From positions 6,220-70,219 of the forward strand of contig JAFGSA010000052.1 in NCBI GenBank assembly GCA_016934855.1: a stretch of 64,000 nt of DNA, read 5' to 3'. Origin of the DNA: Elusimicrobiota bacterium (GTDB lineage: Bacteria > CG03 > SLGR01 > JAFGSA01). Positions 57,890 to 64,000 of this stretch are shown here, piece after piece. The translations under genes and the position numbers were made by a program. The first letter of the stretch is position 1, and every line of letters begins with the position of its first letter. The notes beneath the pieces were generated by a model that saw nothing but the letters and a program-made list of their open reading frames with translations, did not search any database and was not told the origin of the DNA.

Positions 57890-58798
57890 TCAGTCCTCTT
57901 CGGGATACTCCCAGTCAAATTCGCATGTCAGTGATCCGTAAACAACATATATCTTTATCTCGCCAGCATCGTCCGAGAGGCTCCTGAACTGCAGGCTCAT
58001 ATGATCCATTATGGGCTTGGGAATCATGCTCTGGTATGCCTCGTACAGCTCATCGCCGGTCGCTGCCTCGACAAACTCTCCTCCCGTATTATAGGCTATA
58101 TGATCCAGGCCGTATGATCCGCCGTAAGATATGGTATTTACCGGCTGGTCGTTATCGTTAGCATATTCGATGACTTCCAGTATGTCATAATCCTCGCTGG
58201 CGCAATCGTAGCCGTCTGACATGGCTATTATTATCCTGTTCCCTCCTATCTTCTGTATGTCATCTATGCCTTTTGCCACAGCGTCATAAAAAGCCGTCGA
58301 CCCCATGTTCGCGGTCCCGCTCTCAATCACTTTTGTCAGCTTATCCGTGTCGTTGGTAAAACTCTGCGAAACTTCTATCTCGTCCCCGAACTCTATGATC
58401 TCGACGAAATCCTTTTCCGTGAGCGAATCCACGAAAGCGGAAGCAGCTTCGTTGAGGTCATCCGTAGGGCCGCCGCTCATGCTGCCGCTCCTGTCCAGTA
58501 TCAGTACAATAGCCAGCGGAGCATAGGCCTTTTCTATGTCCAGCGGCACAACCGGCTTGGAATCTTCTGTTACATTGACATTCCCCAGCTTGAGGTCGGT
58601 AATCGCGTTTTCATTGTTATCAATCAGTTTGAAATAGGCAAAAGAATAAGGGAATTCGCCTTTGTCTACTATCGCTATAACCCCGTCTATCGAAGTTATT
58701 CCGCCGTCCGGCTCCGATGCCGGCCCTCTCCTGCTCCTGTCACAAGCCGCGGAGAACATTACCACAATAAGAAGGATAAATACGTTATTCCTTCTCAT
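57890..58798 (-). CDS. VWA-domain lipoprotein
   Basis: Lipobox SAAC, MIDAS DRSGSM, T.FYDA, SDG.D and TGG motifs. Confidence 0.88.
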   Translation of the reverse strand: MRRNNVFILLIVVMFSAACDRSRRGPASEPDGGITSIDGVIAIVDKGEFPYSFAYFKLIDNNENAITDLKLGNVNVTEDSKPVVPLDIEKAYAPLAIVLILDRSGSMSGGPTDDLNEAASAFVDSLTEKDFVEIIEFGDEIEVSQSFTNDTDKLTKVIESGTANMGSTAFYDAVAKGIDDIQKIGGNRIIIAMSDGYDCASEDYDILEVIEYANDNDQPVNTISYGGSYGLDHIAYNTGGEFVEAATGDELYEAYQSMIPKPIMDHMSLQFRSLSDDAGEIKIYVVYGSLTCEFDWEYPEED

Positions 58799-59456
58799 CG
58801 GTTTTTTCGCTCCTGCGGCGCCGGGAAGGCCTGTAAGAATATCCCCCCTTCTGCTTCATCAGAGCCAGGTTCAGATAATAGCCCAGATTAGTGGACAGGT
58901 TGAATCCTGAGACAAACATCCCGTGGCCTTTTATCTCGGGTATCAGGACAACGCTTCTAAGCAGGTTTATTTCCAGCCCGAGGCTCAGGTTGCCTCCGAA
59001 GTAAGTATTGAACCTGGAGCTTTCCACCAGCTCGGTATCGAGCCTTACAGAATTGAAGTATAATCCGAGCCCTACACCGGCAAAGGGATAAAAAGTCCTG
59101 CTCTTTATGCTGACAATATATAAGAATGCCCCAGTCAGTCCAAACAGGTCCTCAGTAACGCCGTACGTGTCCTCTGGAACATTGAGCATAAGATAATCGA
59201 ATGCAACGCGGTAATTGATTCTTTCCCGCTCGAAGTTAAGTTCCCTGACGATATCAAGGTTTATAGAGAAGTTAGCGTTATCTACGTATCCTCTATATCC
59301 TCTTTTGGGGGTGTTGTATGCGGCTCCCATACTGAACCTGTACCTGTTTTTCATATCCCCTCCGCCTAAAGACAGTTTCGGCAGATCTCCCACCCCGGCC
59401 GCGGAATTCGAATATAGTACAGAGATGATAACAAGAAGTGCGTATGCTTTTCTCAT
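58785..59456 (-). CDS. Outer-membrane beta-barrel protein
   Basis: Signal peptide, alternating beta strands and YPFAGVGLG. Confidence 0.7.
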   Translation of the reverse strand: MRKAYALLVIISVLYSNSAAGVGDLPKLSLGGGDMKNRYRFSMGAAYNTPKRGYRGYVDNANFSINLDIVRELNFERERINYRVAFDYLMLNVPEDTYGVTEDLFGLTGAFLYIVSIKSRTFYPFAGVGLGLYFNSVRLDTELVESSRFNTYFGGNLSLGLEINLLRSVVLIPEIKGHGMFVSGFNLSTNLGYYLNLALMKQKGGYSYRPSRRRRSEKTDEKE

Positions 59457-59495
59457 TTGAAGATTTTTTACCATAAAAGGAAAAAGACTGTCAAG

Positions 59496-59858
59496 TTACG
59501 CGGTATTTTCATCCGGGAAAGCGTTTTTTATAAGGTTAATACCCTCTCTCGATACTTCGACAACGTCGAACCTGACGTCTTTGTCAGTTATCCCGTTCTC
59601 CAGCATATAAAACCGCGCCAGCTTCGAGAGCTTCCGCCTTTTCCTGCTGTCCACTGACTGCGAGGGATATCCGAATGAATTGTCTTTCCTGTATTTGACC
59701 TCTATGAAACAGAGATACCCCCCGTTGTCCGCGATTATGTCTATCTCTCCTATTTTTGAACGCCAGTTCCTGGCCTTTATAGAGTAGTTGTTTCTCCGCA
59801 GCAGCTGTTCCGCGCTGTTCTCGGCTGCCGCCCCCTTTTTCAGATTGTCTTTTTTAAT
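59496..59858 (-). CDS. yraN: YraN (UPF0102) nuclease-fold protein; non-canonical start, not in the ORF track
   Basis: Hand translation: KG...E..A...L....[17 protein letters not shown]....LCFIEVKYR....G....V...K..K...RFDVV...IKNAF*. The frame has no ATG/GTG/TTG 5' of the motifs; ATT at 59858 overlaps the rplS stop. Confidence 0.9.
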   Translation of the reverse strand: MKKDNLKKGAAAENSAEQLLRRNNYSIKARNWRSKIGEIDIIADNGGYLCFIEVKYRKDNSFGYPSQSVDSRKRRKLSKLARFYMLENGITDKDVRFDVVEVSREGINLIKNAFPDENTA

Positions 59859-60189
59859 ATTCTCTTTTTTCCTTGATTCTGGCGGCTTTACCGTAACGTT
59901 TGCGCATGTAATAGAGCTTGGCCCTTCTCACTTTGCCTCTTTTCAATATCTCTACCGAATCTATCAGCGGGGAATGGAGCGAAAAAACCTTCTCCACCCC
60001 TACTCCGAAAGAATATTTTCTTACGGTAAAAGTCTTGTTCAGCCCTTCTCCCTTAATACCTATCACCAGCCCTTCGAAGCTCTGAATCCGCTTTTTATCT
60101 TCGCCGGACCTCATATTCACCCTTACATCGTCGCCCGGCTTGAAATCCTGCATATCTTTTCTCAACTGCTTATCTATCATCTCTATCAT
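59854..60189 (-). CDS. rplS: 50S ribosomal protein L19
   Basis: F.PGD.V.V, R.Q.FEG, FTVRK.S.GVGVE and [10 protein letters not shown] motifs. Confidence 0.98.
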   Translation of the reverse strand: MIEMIDKQLRKDMQDFKPGDDVRVNMRSGEDKKRIQSFEGLVIGIKGEGLNKTFTVRKYSFGVGVEKVFSLHSPLIDSVEILKRGKVRRAKLYYMRKRYGKAARIKEKREY

Positions 60190-60805
60190 TTTTTGCCTCC
60201 TGATCCCTGAATTCTTCTATTTTTTTATGGTCTCCGGATAAAAGCACCCGGGGTACCTCGAGATTTCTGAACTGCCTGGGCCTGGTATAGACAGGATATC
60301 CCCTGTCTTCGCCCAGAGAACCCTCATCGCCCAATACCCCCGGGATGAGCCTGACAACGGCTTCCGCGAGCATAAGCGAGGGGAGTTCCCCTCCGGATAC
60401 TATAAAATCACCTACCGACATCACCCTGTCCACAAAATTCGTTACCCGGTGATCTATTCCAGTATACCTTCCGCTTATCAGAGTGATATCATTTCCCGAG
60501 AGTTCTTCAGCCACTGACTGGTCGAACTTCTCACCGGAAGGTGACATCAGTATCCTTATACCCGGCTCTTTCACGCTCTCGAGCGCCTTCACGACCACCG
60601 GCGCCATCATTACCATACCCGGCCCCCCGCCGTAGGGTATATCATCGACTTTTCTGTGCTTGTCTTCAGAAAAATCCCTTATATCTACGACATTATATTT
60701 AACTATTTCCTTCTTTTCCGCCCGGTTCAGTATTCCTACATCCAGGTAGGATCTTATCTGTGCGGGAAATATAGTCAAAAAATTAATACCGATAGCCCTT
60801 TTCAT
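60170..60805 (-). CDS. trmD: tRNA (guanine37-N1)-methyltransferase
   Basis: [27 protein letters not shown]...SGGE and YTRP motifs. Confidence 0.96.
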   Translation of the reverse strand: MKRAIGINFLTIFPAQIRSYLDVGILNRAEKKEIVKYNVVDIRDFSEDKHRKVDDIPYGGGPGMVMMAPVVVKALESVKEPGIRILMSPSGEKFDQSVAEELSGNDITLISGRYTGIDHRVTNFVDRVMSVGDFIVSGGELPSLMLAEAVVRLIPGVLGDEGSLGEDRGYPVYTRPRQFRNLEVPRVLLSGDHKKIEEFRDQEAKNDRDDR

Positions 60806-60882
60806 AAAAAAACCCCTTTCTCTGACAGATTCCCGGTTTATCCTGAACTGGCTTTTGCTGCCAGGGGAATCAGAGGAAGGGG
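60806..60882 (-). promoter_or_regulatory. Long stem-loop sequestering the trmD SD, followed by U7
   Basis: Minus strand CCCCTTCCTCTGATTCCC...GGGAATCTGTCAGAGAAAGGGG-TTTTTTT-ATG. Confidence 0.65.
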
Positions 60883-60911
60883 CAAATATTATATATGAAT
60901 CCCGCCGAGAA

Positions 60912-61148
60912 TTAAGGCTCTACTATCTCAACGGAAACTCTTTTTCCTTTTCTCACCGCTGCTGCGTTTACCAAAGTCCTGACAGCTTTTATAGTTCTGC
61001 CTTTCTTTCCTATGACCTTTCCGATATCTTCCGCATTAGTGCTGATCTCGATGATAGTTGTCTGCTCACCTTCGACCTCTCTGGCATTTACTTCATCTGG
61101 ATGATCGACTATATTCTTCACTATCTCAATAACCAGGTCTTTCATCAT
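60912..61148 (-). CDS. khpA: KH-domain RNA-binding protein KhpA
   Basis: IVD.PDEV and D.GKVIGKKGRTI.A.R motifs; follows rpsP. Confidence 0.93.
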   Translation of the reverse strand: MMKDLVIEIVKNIVDHPDEVNAREVEGEQTTIIEISTNAEDIGKVIGKKGRTIKAVRTLVNAAAVRKGKRVSVEIVEP

Positions 61149-61642
61149 TCCTCCTTATCCAGCATGTTGTCCGGTTCAGATCCTTTGTCTTTTCCGAGCC
61201 CGTTACCATCATTATCTGGATTTTCCTGAGTATTGTTTTCCGGTTTCCCTTCGGATTGAGGTTTTTCAGCGTTTTCCTTTATCTGTTGAGTCTCTGCAGA
61301 CCCCTTATCCGGTTCTGCAGCATTATCTTCCTTTTCGCTTTTCTTTTCTTCCGCTTTTGCGGAAAGCCTGGCCAGTTTTTTTACCCTGCTGTCCCTTTTT
61401 GCCGGATTTTTAAGATTATCCACAAGGGACTTCACGGTCCCAGAGAGCTGTGCTCCTTTTCCGAGCCAGTATTCAACCTTTTCCATATTCAGCGAAGCGT
61501 TGGGAAACTCGTCCTGGGGGTGATAGTGCCCTATATTATCCAGGAACTTGCCGTCCCTTTTGTCTCTCGAGTCTACGGCAACCACCCTGTAGTGAGGATC
61601 CTTGTGTCTTCCAGTTCTTTTTAATCTTATTTTTACAACCAT
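61145..61642 (-). CDS. rpsP: 30S ribosomal protein S16 with a long low-complexity C-terminal tail
   Basis: VKIRL.R.G....P.YRVV..DSR..RDG, WL.KGAQ.S.TV, then about 85 polar or charged residues. Confidence 0.96.
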   Translation of the reverse strand: MVVKIRLKRTGRHKDPHYRVVAVDSRDKRDGKFLDNIGHYHPQDEFPNASLNMEKVEYWLGKGAQLSGTVKSLVDNLKNPAKRDSRVKKLARLSAKAEEKKSEKEDNAAEPDKGSAETQQIKENAEKPQSEGKPENNTQENPDNDGNGLGKDKGSEPDNMLDKEE

Positions 61643-61650
61643 ATTGGGCT

Positions 61651-61678
61651 ATTTTAATTATTATATATTAATTGTCAA
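61651..61678 (-). promoter_or_regulatory. Sigma70 promoter of the rpsP operon, probably leaderless
   Basis: TTGACA-16 nt-TAAAAT, then 8 nt to the ATG; no SD. Confidence 0.6.
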
Positions 61679-62385
61679 GCTTTTCCCGGCGGGGCCTTTT
61701 TTACCCTGCGGGAAACCATTATCCCTATCTCATATAACAGCAGTATCGGCAATGCCAGCGCTATCTGGGTAAACACGTCAGGCGGGGTAAGCAGCGCCGC
61801 CAGTATGAAGACCGCTACTATGGCGTACCTTCTTTTGGCCGCAAACTCTTCCCTGCTTATTATGCCGGCCGCGCTGATAAACCTCATTATGACAGGTATC
61901 TGGAACGCGGCTCCGAACACGACCGTGAGCAGGATAAAGAAATTCACGTATTTCTCAACGGATATCATGGGGATGAGATAACCCCCGCCTATGCCCGTGA
62001 GGAACCTCAGGCCGTAGGGGAGCACCAGCATGTAAGCGAATATAACACCGCAGGCGAATAATAGAAGTGTCGCGGGAAGATATGTCAATACGAGCTTTTT
62101 CTCGCTCTTTTTCAGTGCCTGCCCTACGAATTTCCAGAAATTAAACAGTATGACGGGGGCGGAAAAAAGAACGCCCGAAAGGAAAGAGACTTTAAGAGAT
62201 ACTATAAATGCTTCCTGCGGAGCTATGAAGACCAGGGGTTTACCCAGCGGCCCGCATATGAGTTTAAGTATCTTTTCGTTGAAAACGTAAGAGACCGCCG
62301 CTAATATAAACACGCTCAGCAGGGAATACAGTATCCTGAGGCGCAGTTCTTCCAGGTGAGAAATAAAAGACCGGTTTCCGCTCAA
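61675..62385 (-). CDS. tatC: Twin-arginine translocase TatC
   Basis: HLEELR.R, P.EAF, FQIP, RRYA and LTPPD..TQ.....P...LYE motifs. Confidence 0.96.
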   Translation of the reverse strand: MSGNRSFISHLEELRLRILYSLLSVFILAAVSYVFNEKILKLICGPLGKPLVFIAPQEAFIVSLKVSFLSGVLFSAPVILFNFWKFVGQALKKSEKKLVLTYLPATLLLFACGVIFAYMLVLPYGLRFLTGIGGGYLIPMISVEKYVNFFILLTVVFGAAFQIPVIMRFISAAGIISREEFAAKRRYAIVAVFILAALLTPPDVFTQIALALPILLLYEIGIMVSRRVKKAPPGKA

Positions 62386-62398
62386 TTATTATTCTTCT

Positions 62399-62578
62399 CT
62401 ACTTGTGCTCCTCTTCTTCGCGGCTGTCATGCGTATTTTCCTCATCCGGAGAAGGGTTTCTAAACTCCCTTATTGCTCTTCCGAGAGCCCTGGCTATTCC
62501 CGGAAGCCTTTTTGCGCCGAAGAGCAGAAAGATTATTACCAGTATTACCAGGAGCTCCGGCATGCCGAGGCCGAACAT
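62399..62578 (-). CDS. tatA: TatA/E subunit (59 aa, below the ORF-track cutoff)
   Basis: Hand translation MFGLGMPELLVILVIIFLLFGAKRLPGIARALGRAIREFR...; start overlaps the nifU stop. Confidence 0.95.
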   Translation of the reverse strand: MFGLGMPELLVILVIIFLLFGAKRLPGIARALGRAIREFRNPSPDEENTHDSREEEEHK

Positions 62579-62802
62579 TACACGGCCTCTACTGCTTTTA
62601 CTTCCGGCAGTTCGCTTTTAAGCATCCTCTCCACCCCTTCTTTAAGGGTCATCTGCGACATGGGGCAGCCCGAGCAGGCGCCCGTAAGGCTGACCTTGAC
62701 TATGCCGTCGTCCGTCACTTCTCTAAGTTCGATGTCTCCGCCGTCCGCCTGCAAAGCAGGCCTTATTTTCTCGAGCGCTTTCCTTACTTTTTCCTTATCC
62801 AT
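62578..62802 (-). CDS. NifU/Nfu-type Fe-S carrier
   Basis: IRP.LQADGGD and GACSGCPMS..TL..G.E motifs. Confidence 0.94.
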   Translation of the reverse strand: MDKEKVRKALEKIRPALQADGGDIELREVTDDGIVKVSLTGACSGCPMSQMTLKEGVERMLKSELPEVKAVEAV

Positions 62803-62831
62803 TTTATTTCTCCTTTATACCGGTACTTATA

Positions 62832-63737
62832 TCAACGCCTCCGGGACAGGTACTCTATCGCGTTCAGCACGGCCTTCGCTCCCTCACCGGCCGCTATTAT
62901 CACCTGTTTTCTCGTAATATCGGTGACGTCTCCTGCCGCGAAAATACCCTCCCTGCTGGTACGGTTGTCTTTATCTATTTTTATCTCGCCTTTCCCGTTC
63001 TTGTCTACGAAACCTATGAAATCCGAAGACGGAACACGTCCTATCTCTATGAATATCCCCTGAACGGCTATATCCCTGGCTGCACTGCCCTCTTTTAACT
63101 TCACCGAGCGGACCATACTATCCCCGGCTATCTCGGTCACATCTGTGTTTTTTATCCATTCAAGCCTGTCGGAAGCCAGGACGCTTCTCTTGAGCATCTC
63201 GTCACCCTTTATTGAATCCCCGTCGGTCAGAAGATAGACCTTGGAGGCTATATTAACAAGCTGCCTTGCCGTGTCCATGGCGGAACTGCCGCTGCCTACT
63301 ACGGCCACATCCTTCCCCGCAAAAACCGGGGCGTCGCATACGGCGCAGTAAGCCACCCCCCTGTTCAAAAATTCCTTTTCTCCCCGCACCCCCAGTCTCC
63401 TGGGTACGGCTCCGGTAGCGACCAGAACGGTTTTTGCGCTGCAGCACTCGCCGTCCGAAGAACGTATTCTGAACCCTTCCTTTTCTTCCCTTATCTCTTC
63501 AACTCTTATACTCTCCTTGAGATCGACGCCGTATTCGCTTACGTGTTTTTCGAATTTACCCACGAGTTCCTCTCCGGTCGTCATCTGAAAACCCGTATAA
63601 TTCTCTATAAGGGAGGACAGCACAGCCTGCCCTCCTACGCTTTCAGTTATTATCCTGAAATCTATCTTCTGCCTGCAGGCGTATACGGCAGCGGTAAGCC
63701 CGGCAGGCCCTCCTCCTACTATGATAAGGTCTTTCAC
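62832..63737 (-). CDS. trxB: Thioredoxin reductase-like FAD oxidoreductase
   Basis: GGGPAG, ATG, YCAVCD, VVGSG.SA and FAAGD motifs. Confidence 0.9.
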   Translation of the reverse strand: MKDLIIVGGGPAGLTAAVYACRQKIDFRIITESVGGQAVLSSLIENYTGFQMTTGEELVGKFEKHVSEYGVDLKESIRVEEIREEKEGFRIRSSDGECCSAKTVLVATGAVPRRLGVRGEKEFLNRGVAYCAVCDAPVFAGKDVAVVGSGSSAMDTARQLVNIASKVYLLTDGDSIKGDEMLKRSVLASDRLEWIKNTDVTEIAGDSMVRSVKLKEGSAARDIAVQGIFIEIGRVPSSDFIGFVDKNGKGEIKIDKDNRTSREGIFAAGDVTDITRKQVIIAAGEGAKAVLNAIEYLSRRR

Positions 63738-63967
63738 CGGATATTTAGCAGCTCCTCAAGCCTTTTCCTGTTGAAACCCACTATAACTTCTCCGTCGATT
63801 ATTATTACCGGCACCCCCATCTGACCGCTTTTATCTATCATCTCCTGTGCAGCCTCCCGGCTGGAGGATACATCGATATTTTTATAGCTTACATTATTCT
63901 CGTCCAGAAAAGCCTTTGCTTTGCGGCAGTACGGGCATGTAGGCGTAGTATAAACGTGTATATCCAT
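63734..63967 (-). CDS. Glutaredoxin-like protein (YruB/NrdH type)
   Basis: CPYC and SGQMGVPV motifs. Confidence 0.93.
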   Translation of the reverse strand: MDIHVYTTPTCPYCRKAKAFLDENNVSYKNIDVSSSREAAQEMIDKSGQMGVPVIIIDGEVIVGFNRKRLEELLNIR

Positions 63968-64000
63968 ATTTTGAATCTCCTTTTTCAGATTATGTTATCA

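Noticed and set aside
60813..60882. SRP (4.5S) RNA
   Set aside because: It lacks the CAGG-stem-GGAA-stem-AGCA arrangement in the correct order.
61145..61400. S16 C-terminal tail as a novel domain
   Set aside because: Low-complexity tails on S16 are known in several phyla, and no motif is evident.

Overview
Chromosomal segment of an apparently diderm, probably anaerobic bacterium (inferred from an outer-membrane barrel, lipoproteins, Tat genes and Fe-S proteins). It is almost all minus-strand and contains no rRNA, tRNA, CRISPR or transposase. The most notable region is 5.3-15.5 kb, a sugar-phosphate-utilisation (SPU)-type bacterial microcompartment (BMC) operon: tpiA with an extra N-terminal domain, pduL, 2 BMC-H, 3 BMC-P, acylating aldehyde dehydrogenase, PduS, PduT, two different RpiB paralogues, a flavoprotein/Cys-cluster/DeoC fusion and a cyclodeaminase. 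Its intergenic spacers carry inverted heptamer arrays. Upstream lie a 5'-nucleotidase, a nucleoside ABC importer and a diguanylate cyclase. Directly downstream lie an unusual DnaA paralogue (intact AAA+ core, no DNA-binding domain IV, two Zn-ribbon repeats, unknown terminal domains) and a response regulator. A divergent + strand operon (DUF2877-fdrA-DUF1116-cyclase-nucleoside phosphorylase) may handle nucleobases. The rest is housekeeping: tkt, rho, coaE, polA, smpB, Gld-type ABC, rpe, xerC-topA-dprA, comM, yraN, rplS-trmD-khpA-rpsP without rimM, tatAC, trxB. Two clearly coding genes lack canonical start codons, and several promoters look leaderless. All calls come from motif recognition by eye; no database searches were run.
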